Assembly (NCBI GenBank): GCA_965153285.1
Contig: OZ229121.1
DNA from: Podarcis tiliguerta
Taxonomy: Eukaryota
Direction: 5' to 3' (one strand)
Length of the DNA: 64,000 nt
The position numbers were made by a program, and so were the translations under genes. Below the pieces are notes generated by a model. The model saw nothing but the letters and a program-made list of their open reading frames with translations. It was not told the origin of the DNA and made no database searches. Below are positions 42,262-54,770 of this stretch, piece by piece. How positions within the stretch are numbered: position 1 is the first letter of the stretch; each line of letters starts with the position of its first letter.

Positions 42262-44700
42262 TTGTTAAAGCCAAGAATCCTGGACCAGCACACACCACGA
42301 CTCCAACCAATCCTTTGCAATTTGCACAGAGCATAAAGCCAGCTCTCCAGCCCTCTGTTTCTTCCTGAGAATAAGTCAAATTTCTGGTTTTACCACTCTG
42401 GCCTTCTGGAACCAGAGATCTACACATGTGAGGATTCCCAAAGCCTGAGGGGCAATCACACACAGACTCCACTAGCTCAACCGTGGAACTTTACTTGAAA
42501 TAACAGGTGGGGAAAGCAGGCAACAGGTCAAACAGAATACAAAATAAATTGAGCACTGTGGCTCCACAACTAAACTACTCTTGGTAGGGCCAGCCCACCC
42601 ATGAAATGGGTGGAAGCAGCTGTTTTGGGTGGAGGAATCCTGCTGGGTGGTGCCCCTGCTGCTGCACAACTCTGGTAAGCAAGACTTTGGTGGGGGATCG
42701 GCAGGGGAGGCAGCACCTTCCCATTTCTCCTCAGGCAGCAAAATGGGATGGGCTGCCCCTGAATTCTGACCTGTCCACTTTTGTATACTAGGTCTAGTCT
42801 GAATAGGCCACAAGGATAATCAACATCATGGTAGTTTGGAAGACATGACCTAGATCCCTTGTAATGAGATGGAACAAAGCTGCAAGGGAGCCTTGGCTTT
42901 TAAATGCTCTCTCTGCTGACAATGGTGGGTGTGCCCTCTGGCTCTTTCTAACCAAACAGAGCCAGAGCCGGTCAGTGAGTTAGCTTGGCTTAGAGAACTG
43001 GTGAGCCCAGGAAACCAGAGTCTGTGTCACTTCCCGCTACAAGGAGATAATACTTATGGCTGAAATCCTAGATGTTATGGATTTAAAATGTTTTATTGGA
43101 GGGGGGAACCAAAGTTATTTTAACCACTTTATCTAAAGCCCAGGTGTGTTCTCACTTACAGGGCAGAGGAGTGCTGTAGCTGGGGGAGTTTGCATTTCCC
43201 CACTCCCTTTCTGTCTCACGCTTCTGGTTTACACCAGCCCACCAACTGCTATTTGCCCTTCAAGGCAAAATATACAGGTACACATATGTCTTCCTCCACA
43301 GAGCTAAAAGTGACAGGGATATTTCAACCATGAAAATGCTGTGTGCAGAAGGATTGGCTGTGTCCTGCTATGCATTCTGAAATAGTCGGAAGGCTTGAGA
43401 AAGTACAAATGTTATAGATATGTCTTATTTGACACTTGAAACTTCTGCAGAGGATGTCTGCTTGCACACTGCCAAGAGGAAATGCATCTTCCCCAAAAAG
43501 AGAGGGGACAAATTTGCATACATGGAAATTTAGAAATTACTATTGTTTAAATAGAAATACATAATACGTCTCACCATGTTAGAGAAGACTGATCAGGTCT
43601 GCTGTTCTCCTTTCATTTACAAATTATATATAGTGGCTCTCTCACAGTAAATCTTCAAGCAGATCTTGGACAGTATCTTTTGAGGATGCCCTAGCTCTGA
43701 ATTTCCTTAAGTTGTACAGGGGATTGGACTAGGATAGCCTACTGTCCATACATAAAATGAATGAGGACTCAGAACGAAAGGTGCTCTTTAAAGTGCCGAA
43801 ACTAGTTTGAAACTACAATGAATCCACAGGGAAAACTGCTGTAGTCACTCCATGACTTCTGAAGTGTATGTACCGTGCTGACATGGGCTGGGAAGTTATC
43901 ATCTCAGTGTGGGTAGAGGGGTGGTGAGAAAGCAGTCCTGGCATGCTTGCCTGTAATCAGGACTATCATTCCTAGTGTCAGACTTATAGTAGGAGTAATC
44001 TGTCTTTCTGCCAGACGGTGCGTTTCTAATTAGTCAAGAAGATTTTTGCATTTTGCTTCTGAATTACATTCTTGAACACATGCTTGCTTTTTAGATTTCC
44101 AATATAATAATGCCAGCTTTGTGTCTTTTTAAAAACGTATTAGGCTTGCATCCTACCCCCAACAATCAGGGTAGATGACTCATTTATACTTCAAATAAAA
44201 CACTACAGAAGAGTGCTTCTCTATAAGTTAGGGGTTCTCATTAGGAATACAGTATCATTGTTGCTCATTATTTAATGATCTATATGGTGGTCTACGGAAC
44301 TAGTTTGTTCAATGCTGAATTATCCAGAGTAACGTTTTGTATGTTGTCCTGCTCAACCCTGTTAAATGAATCTTGTACTGTAAAGCAGCAACTGACTTCA
44401 GAGGAAAATTTGTTGTAGAAATAGAATGCATTCTGTCTTCGAACGCCTTTGATTTTCCTTCTACTTCAAACCACATTAACTCACATTTTCCCCACCAGCA
44501 CCATTGCTAGTAGAACATAGTGTTTTTACTGCATTTTTGTCATTGAGTTTATGCTACTAAACAATGGGTAGCCAACTTGGCACCCTCCAGATGTTGGACT
44601 CCATCTCCCACCATCCTTGATCTTTGGACATGCTGTGTGGGGCTGATGAAAGTTAAGAGTCCAACAGCATCTGGACGGCCCAACATTGGCTATCCTTATA

Positions 44701-44942
44701 CAGTGGTACCTCGGGTTAAGTACTTAATTCGTTCTGGAGGTCCGTACTTAACCTGAAACTGTTCTTAACCTGAAGCACCACTTTAGCTAATGGGGCCTCC
44801 TGCTGCAGCCGCGCCGCCAGAGCACGATTTCTGTTCTCATCCTGCAGCAAAGTTCTTAACCTGAAGCACTATTTCTGGGTTAGCGGAGTCTGTAACCTGA
44901 AGCGTACATAACCTGAAGCGTATGTAACCTGTGGTACCACTG
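44701..44942 (+). mobile_element. Tc1/mariner(Tigger)-type MITE, fuller-length copy
   Basis: TIR cagtggtacc / ggtaccactg, TA TSD, repeated aacctgaa units. Confidence 0.85.
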
Positions 44943-45134
44943 TAGTAAGAATGTAATAGATTCTCATACAAGCCTTCCAAGTGGACATTAGATTTAGATC
45001 TTGTTCACCAGGATTTTGACAGCAAGGCAGATTATGTATTATTATTCTTTAGAAGGCCTATATCCCCACCAAACTTTGTATTGTGACTATTTTCCAATAT
45101 ATTAGTGATACAAAGTGGTTCTAGAAGCCAGCAG

Positions 45135-45990
45135 TATCAAGCAATCTCCTGTTGTCCAACTTGCCAACCTCTTCGATGATATTCATCAATACGGCATGCC
45201 AAATGCTGTTGTAACGCCGTGACGGCGTCACTCAACTGCTGGATGGTATGGGTCATGGTCTGGTTGTCCTGAGCCAAGGTCACCAGCGCGGCCACCGGAT
45301 CGGCCATGGCTTCTGAATTACCCAAACACACCCCCAGGAAGGGGGAGTGCGGGTTGTGGTGGGAGCAAACTGTGCTAGGCCCGAGGGTTAATCCAAGCCA
45401 CGCGGTCCAGGTTCGGTCACGAATCCAAGGATTCCATGAGGAGTCAGTCCAACAGGGCCAAGGCAGGAAACCAGGCTAGGTCAGGCACAAGGTCTCAGGC
45501 AGGTTCCAGCAAGCAGCAATGTTGCTCCCGCAACCTGGGGCAGGGTCCGGCAGCCTTTTATCTCTGACGGGATAACGGCCGGTCCTGATCCCCCGGTGAC
45601 TCACCTCCCTGTCTCGCCCGAAGGCGAGCACTTCTCCTGCGAGTACTCAGGTCTCTCCTTCTCTCAGACCTGAGTCTCTGCAGCTCGGGAGATGTCGGTG
45701 GGTTACTAGACCCAGAGGCTGCCTCAGCCTCTCCTGACACAACTGGTAGTGGAGCAGCTGTATGTGATTGCACAGCAGAGGGCAATGAAGTAATCCTCAC
45801 ATCTGGAGCCAGGGCAGGCTCAGGCTCCTGACTCAGCCCTGCTGGTGCTTGTTGCAGGGGAACCTGTGCAGACTGGGGCTCTTCAGAATCAGGCCCCAGA
45901 CTCAGTTCAGATGCCGCCTGAGGCAGAGGATCCGGTGTGGATTGAGACTCCTCCGGCTCTGAGTCTGAGCCCGAGTCCCAGGCCACCACA
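45135..45990 (-). mobile_element. LTR retrotransposon remnant (Gypsy-like): LTR ~45314-45990 plus gag-like start
   Basis: GC-rich block; minus strand starts TGTGG, has TATA-like GATAAAAGG, and ends ..ATTCA just before gaagccATG of coiled-coil-like MADPVAALVTLAQDNQTMTHTIQQLSDAVTALQQ. Confidence 0.55.
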
Positions 45991-48864
45991 CCTTTCTTGA
46001 TTTCAAAGGTGGACAGATGGGGATGTTTTGAAGTGGCTTTCCTAAATGTCAGATAAAGCAACAGGTTGCTCCAGACTGTTAGTTGCACAGAGTTTAAATT
46101 AAAAACAATAGGACTTGTCATGACTAACCACCCCCAGTGATTGGAACTGAAGTATGGTCCAACACAATGTCTTTTCAAGGAAAACATGTTAATAGCTCGT
46201 GCTGTCAGTGCTGTTCTATATAGGATGGCTGGGGGGCGGGTGTACAACAAGCATTGAAATGTTCCTGACATGCCCTCCCCTTAGCCCATAGGGCAAGTAG
46301 AGTAAATGTTATGAAGAATATTGTTCTAAAAGGTAACTCACCAAACTGTTTAATTGGACTGCAGACAATCTATTGCTTTAGAATTCTGTGATGCATTCAG
46401 CTGATCCTCCAGCAGCAAGGCTTAATAAAGCTTCAGTTTGTTCACAATACTGTTTAGAAACTGTTCTAGAATTGGCAGAGGCGCCCTTCATCCTCTGCCC
46501 TGGAAGCTCTTAATGCTTATCCCAGAATTGAGGACAGTTCTGTTTAGTGAATGGTAAAAGAAAAGCAGTTTGTTGTTGCACAAAGGCACTTTCTTCTTAC
46601 ATTGTTTTCCTTCACTTGTTCCTTTCCAAGATCCATCCCTAAAATGTCCTAAGTTACTGTTTTCTTTCTGGAACCACTTAATATGTGTTCTTCTTTCAGT
46701 AATATATGAATTATACATTGTGAAGGAATCCTCCATTTCATAGAATCATAGAATTGTAGAGTTGGAATTGTGCAGAAGCTCTGCAACACCATCATGGTAG
46801 TCAAGATAACCCTACAATTAATTGGCAGTTGTTGTAACAATGACCTCATATATGTTTATATTCACTTGCTTTAAGCTAATTGGACTGTTTTGATGTTATC
46901 TGTGGGACTGGAGTGCTGGGCTCTGAGCCCAGAAAGGGGAACTATCTTTATTTGCCACCTATGCCCTCATAAAGTGATATGAAGTCCTGGGCAAAGTGAC
47001 TTTTGTGTATAAAGAATGTATGAATGTTTGCTTAGCTGGCGACAAGCCATCCATTTGCTGCAGTGCCTGTCCCGTGCCTGTAAAGCCTGGGAGACCTGGT
47101 TGGCTGATTTGCTGTAAGTTTACACCTTTCTTTTAATACAACACTAGAATTTATCACTCCTTTGATATCCCTGCATCCACTCACACAGGTTCTCCTTTGG
47201 CCCTGTGGTTCAGAACAGGAAGGGACCCTGAGGGTCATCTAGTCCAACTCCCTGCAACACAGGAATCTCAACTAGATCAAATTCAACTTAAAGCTAAAGA
47301 ACCACACGTAGGGAGGGCAAGATTGTCCTTCAACAGTTTGTACTTGTACAGCATATCTGGTCACTGTCCTCCCCACTATGGTGTGATGTATTTTATTTCT
47401 ATTACAATAGTCTTCTGGCATTTTAAAAGACTAGCACTTTTATTATGGCACAAGCGTTTATGGATGATGTTCTGTCTCTACTGCCAGATGCCAGAGACAG
47501 TATGCCTTGGTGAATCACAAGTGAGGAGTGCAGTGTTGAACCCAGGTCCTGCTTGCAGACTTCCCATAGGCATTTAGTTGGCCAGTGAGAAGAGGATGCT
47601 GGATTAGATGGGCCTTTTGGGCCAGTGCAGTAGGGCTTTTCTTATGTTCTTATATCTTAAGAATGCTAAATGTTCTATTTGAACTATTGATAACAGGGGC
47701 TATATAAAGTAACTGGAGGACTAGTTACATAGTGGAGGTCACCCTGATAAGGTGGGTGGAGGGAAGTACTCTTAATTGAAAGTCTCGATGTTCACTGTGC
47801 AGAAGTATATTCCATCCATGGGCATATTGACTACATATGTAGTTACTGACATATGTTGCTTGTCCCCGTCACAACTACCAACAATCAGCCACGAGTGGTG
47901 AACCATGTAGATCGGGTACAAGGTGGAGAAACAACATGGGTAAACTTTATGGCAGAGGTGGGGAGCCTGTGGCCCTCCAGATGTTAACACTACAACTCCC
48001 ATTGGCCTACCCCTGCCTTATGGGTAAAAAACAGGAAAAGTCAGCATGAGGTTGCTGTCTAATTCCAACCTTTGTCAACTTTCTGCTCAACGCTAATGTG
48101 CCTGATGTAATTTGTATCTGATACCAAATGTTGTAGTGCCATTCATTTTTGAAATAAATATCATGCTTCACTCCATGGCCAGGATGTGGAGTTCCAAGCT
48201 TACAATGGACATTTTTCCAATCTCGTCTCACACTACAGGCACTTGCACCCCTGTGAAGCTGCTCCTGGAATATTACACAAATGGCTGTTATTGGAAATAC
48301 TGGTTAATAGTCATTCTTCCCCCTCTGCTCACTGTCCTGTCCAAGAAAATAAGTGCTTACAACTCACACAGAACTTTCTGGCTCCTGGACCAACACAAGC
48401 TAATATATGAAATTACTAGTAAAAAGCGACTAGAGGTCACTGTAATAAATGGGAAGTTGCTTCACTGGCTTGAAGCCTGCTGAAAAAGCATTTATATATG
48501 CAGAAGCACAGAAGGTACAACAGTCATTTTGCCAGATTTCTGTATGCTTAAGACTTTGAGTAATACGATTGCAATTGTTTTGCAAATTCTGTTTGCCAGG
48601 TATGCACACTCAAAAGCTTTGATGTTTATTTTTTCATAGTCTATCCTTCACCCTACGGGCTCAGGGCAGAGATTATGTCTATAATAAAATTACAGAAAAT
48701 GATGTAAAATTCGCAATGAAAAGACAATCAGAAATGGAAAACTATTATGCCAGCTGGGGAAAAGCTGTATTATTGTGTCTAAATTCTAAGGGAGGACAAG
48801 TTGTATTTTCCATACGGTAATGATTGCATAGTAAGGTGACTGAGTTTACCCTGAGTGGGCTAGA

Positions 48865-49830
48865 AAGTGCCAGATTTATGTATAGGCTAAGTAGGCTGAA
48901 GCCTAGGGCCTCTAAATCCAGGGGGCCTCCCCAGCCCGCCCACCCCCCAGCGGGCAGCTCCCCTCTCCCCAAATTGCAAACCCAAGACTTCATGCAAGGG
49001 CAGGGCAACTCGGGCCCAGCAACTATGAGACTCAGGGCCAGCCAGTGGGGCCCAATTTTAAACTCGAGGGCCCAACTTGAAATTTTTTTGTGGGGCCCTA
49101 GTTCACAGCCAAAGTCTGCAAAATCTTAGATATAAATCCCTGTGCCAAGTCATTTTCACAAGGTCAGCAAAGCCATTCAGAAATCAGTCCTATTATTGAG
49201 TTCTTGTGCAAGTTTGTACAGTTCACTTCTGGATTTTTTAAAGGAAAATTGGAGAAGATTTTGATGAGCTTGAGAAACAAAGCAAAAGCAACCTTGCCAA
49301 ATGTTAACCACAAAACAAGGAGACAAAGAGTGAGGGAACGACAAAGAAATGACAGAAGTGCACTTGATGCCTTAGATGCACTTTCTTTAAGAGATAAGTT
49401 TAGGATAAAATCATTTATTCCTATATTGGATGCACTTGAAGCCAATTTAAAAAGTACTGTGTACAGTGATATTCCACAATTATTTTCCATTCTTGCTATC
49501 CTGATAGCATCCAAACAAGAAATTCAGCAAGGTGTTGAACTGTTGATGGAAGCATACCCAGAAGCTATTCCTAATGTGGAAGCAATTTTGTGGCTATTTC
49601 TTAGCTTTATGGTCACTAACAGCTCGGGAGAGAGTAGTTTTTCAAGATTCAAAAGAATTAAAAATGAATTAAGGGCCATAATGTCTCAAGAGAGGTTTTC
49701 CGCATTCTGTACATTGAAAGTGACAAACTTAGACAAACAAATTCTTGTTGGGTCTCTGGACCGTAATAAAGATTGATTGATTGATTGATAAACAAATTTT
49801 GATGAAGTTTTCTGATGTCCTTTAGAGGAG
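48865..49830 (+). mobile_element. Decayed hAT DNA transposon with transposase C-terminal dimerisation-domain remnant (49204-49776)
   Basis: IPNVEAILWLFLSFMVTNSSGESSFSRFKRIKNELRAIMSQERFS resembles the hATC motif; left end resembles the TIR/subterminal end of the MITE at 11173-11489; right end uncertain. Confidence 0.8.
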
Positions 49831-49944
49831 AAACTGTGAATTGCAGAATTTTAAATACCCGTCATCATCCTTGGCTTCACTCAAGTGATCTTTTTCAAGA
49901 AATCGGCAGACTGTGGCAGAAGTTAAAGTCTTTTCTGTTAAACA

Positions 49945-49958
49945 CTGCCATCTAGTGG
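49945..49958 (-). promoter_or_regulatory. CTCF core motif CCACTAGATGGCAG
   Basis: Fits the CTCF consensus CCACYAGRKGGCRS. Confidence 0.55.
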
Positions 49959-51373
49959 TGAAAGATAAAACTACCCTTTTAAAACGACAATATTCTACCA
50001 TTTCCTCTGCTTAAGAACATAGAGTTTCGTAAATGTTTATGCATTGTTGTCTTCTGAATTCATTTAAATATTTATGTATTTAATATAAATTTATTATTCA
50101 ATATTTTATTTAAAAATCAGAACTTTTAAAAAATAGCACTTCAAACATTTCTTTAAAATACCATCTTCCCCTAGCTCCTCTTGCTATATTGTGCTGCCTT
50201 AAATCTTATTCCTGAAACTCTTTCCCAGCAAACTCCTTTGGTCTTAAAAACGCTTCAAATTATGGAAATTCCAACTGCTGACACACCTTTGAAAAACTAC
50301 TTCTAGTTTATCCTACATTCCACAATTCTTTTCCACATTTCCATAAATGTCTAACCCTCTTTAGGCTGCAATCCTATACCCTCTTACCTGGTAGGAAGTC
50401 CCATTAAACGATTAGACTTCGTAGAATTGCTCTGTTGGTAACCGAACTCTGAAGAACTTCTCTTTGATATCCTGTTGACTATCTCCTCCGTCTTTCTAAA
50501 ACTCCAGAATAAAATATTTTTGTAAGTTTACTCAAATTATTAGCAACTTAGCAAAACAAAATTTTCTGCTTGATCATTTTTCATGTTGCAACTGTACTCC
50601 TTTTGCTATGAAATACTGACCATCCTCTAGTCTCACACTCCAAATTTATGCTCTGTTTTTATTACCTTTTTTATGTTAACTATTGCCCCTTTCCTTAGCT
50701 CAGAAAGGGCAGAGATTTGCTGGTACTACAGAAGACGGTCCAGAGATAGCTCAAGCAAACTCCATTGAAGACAGGGAGAGGGAAATTATTTCCAGAAACA
50801 GAATAATGTAATAAAGTAGAATAAAGTAGCTAGCCAAACTGCTAAGGAAGGTGTGTCTTTTCAAATCATGTTTGAAATGATTTGAAGGCTTAGTGTCTTA
50901 GAAGGCTTTGTGTCTTTGGGCACAGGGAACATAAAATTGTATTATCTTGAGGAGCAGTTTCTGCAAAGATGCACACTGGCACATAGAACCAGCCAGGTCA
51001 CTATGGAATAAAGTTAGCCCAAAGGAGTTGTGTGACAGAAATTTATTTATTTTATTAAATTTGTATCTCACCCTTCCTTCCAAAGGAACCCAGGAATATA
51101 AAAGCAATAGCAAAACTTAGTATTAGGAGATATTTGTTTCCTTTTAGCTTAAATATATTCTGTAGGTTTTCCTTTTTGAAAGAAAGAGGAAGTGACACAT
51201 GATAAACCTTTCACAGCAGGGGAAGCCGGTATGGTTCCTGGTTGTTAAGAGCTGTAGTCCAACAACATCAGCAGGTCACCACATCAGGTACCTCATTAGT
51301 TACCTCTGCTTTGTACTTTATGAAACTATGATATTGCCCCTAGGTTACTAATAGTTAACCTAGATGTACTTAC

Positions 51374-51406
51374 CTAGGTTTTCTAGAAAGACAAGTGTCT
51401 ATAAAT
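51374..51406 (-). ncRNA. snoRNA host gene small exon downstream of SNORD93 (5' boundary uncertain: 51406, 51398 or 51382)
   Basis: Perfect donor CTAG|GTAAGTA at 51373; AG acceptors 64-88 nt from box D. Confidence 0.6.
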
Positions 51407-51466
51407 CTAGTAAACAGAATTAAAATAACTGTAAAGGTACATTTAAACATACTTTATCTGTCTATC

Positions 51467-51556
51467 TGGCCTCAGAAAATCCTTTGAGCCATCAGATCTG
51501 TGTTTAACACTTTACAGAAGTATCCACAATCAGTTCAGGGTTTTCATCTTTGGCCA
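51467..51556 (-). ncRNA. SNORD93: C/D box snoRNA SNORD93 (HBII-336) orthologue
   Basis: TGGCCAAAGATGA...CTGA...CTGATGG CTCAAAGGATTTT CTGA GGCCA: boxes C (AAGATGA), D', C', D; 9-bp terminal inverted repeat tatctggcc/ggccagata; similar to recalled human SNORD93; same synteny (between FAM126A and TOMM7, opposite strand). Confidence 0.9.
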
Positions 51557-51626
51557 GATATTCTATTCACAATGACATAAGCTGAAAATGAAATACATCA
51601 TACTAGGCAAGAACATTGCAATATAC

Positions 51627-51683
51627 CTTAGATGGAAGTAAAGACATGGCAATGTTGTAAGTCTGCATCTTTTATTACAGAAT
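51627..51683 (-). ncRNA. snoRNA host gene internal exon (57 nt)
   Basis: Strong acceptor TTTCTTTTTTCTTTTTGTAG| and donor TAAG|GTATAT opening the SNORD93 intron. Confidence 0.7.
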
Positions 51684-53509
51684 CTACAAAAAGAAAAAAG
51701 AAATCTAGGATTAACATTTCAAAAGGTATTTTGTTGGTCCACCTTCATGCAACATAATCTTCACATACAATCCTCATTCTTTGAAACTCCAGTGATTAAA
51801 TTCATCTTTTTTTTAGAGTTGAATTCGTATTTATGTCTTAGCTTCAATTACCATTTAAATAAATTATTATCAGCTTCCTGAAAATCCTTGCTATTTTTAA
51901 ATTTTATTTCTTAGACCTTATTTTATACAGCCTCTGTAGCACAACTTGTACAGCACTGACTCGAATAAAAGTTGTAAGCAGTCAAAAATTTGGGCCAACA
52001 TCAAATGTTACACTAAGAACTAAGCAACTGCCACCAACATGAGCTGCTACTACTGTATGTAGTTAGTAACTTGCAATGCTATTTTTCTGGAAATAGAGTT
52101 GCCAGAACTCACCATGAACACTTCCCTTGTTCTCTTAAATGGTAATGGCACCCTCCTGAGACTTGCCAGAACCCACCCAAAAGGTGCCAGAACTGAGTTC
52201 CTCCTGAAAAAGAGCCCTGGTAATTTGACATTTCTACATATACCTTGTCAAGGAAGCAGCTAAGTTAAGACATCACATCCCCCCCTTTCTTTTCCTCCTT
52301 TCCTCCCACTCCAAATTAGTAACTCAGCAATTTATACTGCAAACTCCTTGTGCTAGAATTTGAAGAAGTATAACAAACTGTGCACACCAAGACTACAGTG
52401 CTGTAAATAATAGCTTTCTCTCTCAGCTAAATGTTATCCTCCTAGCACGGCAATTTTTAAGCATTTTGCAATTTGCTGCTTCTTAGAGGATCACACATTT
52501 TTCTAATGCTTCAACTGTCACATTGGAGACTGTTTGAGAAGTTTCCAAATTACCCCAGCTTTGGAATTCAACCGTGCAGAAGGTATGAAAGACAAAAAAC
52601 CAGTTAGCTAAGTGGATGGGCTCTGCTTGGTTTGTGGATGCTCTTTATGCTGCAAATATTTGTTAGTCTGGACACAACTGTTCTGGGTTTATTCAGCCTC
52701 CCAAACCTAAAATGTCCAACTGACAAAATAGGGTAGACTGTGGGTCAACAAGTCACTCTCCCAAGCTGGGTTCTAAACAGTGAGGCACACAAGCCTCTAG
52801 CTTCATACCAAGTGGGCTGCAATAGTATTTTGACATGGAACCCATGGGTCAACCCCCCCCCCCCACCAGCCAGTTAAGCTAATCAAGGTGCCAGGCTCTT
52901 GAAAGGAGGTGCAAGGCTCTGGCAGGGTCTTAAGAGCTCTCTCACCTCCGTCACAAAGCTGGAAAAGTGCTCAATACGCCTTAGGAAGGAGGGACTCTAG
53001 GACCCTGGCAAGAGCCCTTATGCCTCCTGCCCATAGCCTAGCCTAGCACCTCATTTACCCAGCTTTGGGAAGGCAGTGCAAGGACTGCCTCCAAAATTCT
53101 GTATCAGTGTATGTAGAGGAGCAGAATTTAAAATAGTAATCAAATTTCTGAAATGGGCAGGTTAGCTCATTTATATATTTCATAACTTAGATTCAACTGC
53201 ACTTCTTTTTGGTTTATATTCATGCCAAAGCAAAACTGATAAAATGTAACTGTTCTAATCGAGATGTGTATCCGGAAATGCTGATGTGGCACCTGTGGGC
53301 ACACATGCTTTCCCTGGTGCCTCACTTGCTGAAAACCCAAATTCTACTGGAGTTATCAGTACCGGTTTTAGTGCTTGGTTGCAGTGTTTGTGTGATGCCC
53401 AAAAGAGTTTCTCCACTTTGTTAAGTATGGCCCCAAAAGATAGGCAACAGCTCATACTATTTCAGTGAAGGGTAGGCTAAGAAGAAACCCAAGACAGGCA
53501 ATCTCCCTA

Positions 53510-54225
53510 CTGCATCTGAAACGCTCCAGAAAAGTCTCTACAAACTGGGTGAACAGATGATAAAATGGCAAATCAGGTTCAATGCAGGTAAGAGCAAAAT
53601 GACACGTACTGGCCAAATCTATACACTAATGGCATCTGAATTCACTGCAGATTCATGGAAAATGGACAAATTCATGTAGATAAACTCATGGCTACTAGCC
53701 ATAGTGGTTTTATACTACCTCCATGGTTAGAGGCAATGTGTCTCTGAATATGAGTTGTTAAACACGCCAAGTGGGGAGACTGCTGAAGTACTCGTATTCT
53801 GCTTGTAGGGATACCCTTTGGCATTTGGGAACAAGATGCTGGATAGATGTCTTAAGAGGAATGGTTGAATGAATTGGGTATGTTTAGCTTGAAGAGAGAC
53901 CGAGAGGAGATAGGATAGCCATCTTCAAATATCTTAAACACTGTTGCATGGAGCGAGCTTGTTTTCTCCTGCTCCAGAGCCTAGGACCCAAACCAATGGG
54001 TTCAAGTTAACAAGAAAAGTGTCTGACTAAACATCAGGATGAACTTTCTGACAGGAACAGTGGAACTGACTCCCATGAGAGGTGATGGACTCTCCTTCCT
54101 TGGAGGTTTTCAAGCAGAGTTTGGATGTCTATTGCATATATGATCTAGTTGTGATTCCTGGATTGCTGGGGGTTGGAGTAGATGACCCTTAGAATCCCTT
54201 CCAACTCTACAATACTGATTTCATG
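53510..54225 (+). mobile_element. Two adjacent CR1 LINE fragments (junction ~53849)
   Basis: LQKDL.KL.EW..KWQM.FN-like remnant plus CR1 3' end, then a second CR1 3' region ending ...ccttccaactctac. Confidence 0.6.
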
Positions 54226-54644
54226 ATCCATCCAACAAAGGAAGCATGCTTTTTTCTTATTCAATCATTTTCCCATATGCAAATTTAATCAAAACTCATA
54301 GGGCAGATCTACAAGGGTTGGTTGACTTGAACATCAGCCAGGGGGTGGGGATGGGGGGAGAGATGACAAAAGCAGGACATAACAAAGGTTTAAAAAACTG
54401 TGGATAGTGTAGAGAAAATTATTTTTTCAAGGGTTGTTTTTTTTAAAAAAATTCTCTGTTGAAGGTTCAAGATATGTGAATGAAAATATTTCTCCATCCA
54501 AACGTTAATTGGCTACTACACCATTTGGTGAAGGCCAATAGCCAGGAAATGTTTTAAGCAGCAGCAGAAAAATACATGGCAGAACATCCACTTTCAAAGG
54601 CAGCACCTGTCAAGAGTGCTAAATCCAGACAAACAGGGTTAGGC

Positions 54645-54770
54645 TAAGGTTACCAGATTTTTTTCAATGAATCCAGGGTCACTTTTCAACTTCCTACTAA
54701 ATAGATGGATTTTGTCAGGGGACTGATTTGTAAATCCGGGGACTGTCCCCGGGAAAATCTGGTAACCTTA
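54645..54770. mobile_element. Young hAT MITE (126 bp)
   Basis: Perfect 17-bp TIR taaggttaccagatttt / aaaatctggtaacctta, perfect 8-bp TSD ggttaggc. Confidence 0.9.

Noticed and set aside
45558-46271. 237-aa minus-strand ORF as a host gene
   Set aside because: Straddles the LTR boundary at 45990; no splice structure or known domain
49800-49876. Box C-like ATGATGA on minus as another C/D snoRNA
   Set aside because: No downstream CTGA box D or terminal stem; lies at the hAT remnant end
53282-53420. Hairpin GGCACC/GGTGCC followed by ACA on minus, as an H/ACA RNA
   Set aside because: No proper H box; the core gtgcccacagg also occurs in a repeat-like context at ~7360, suggesting a MITE remnant
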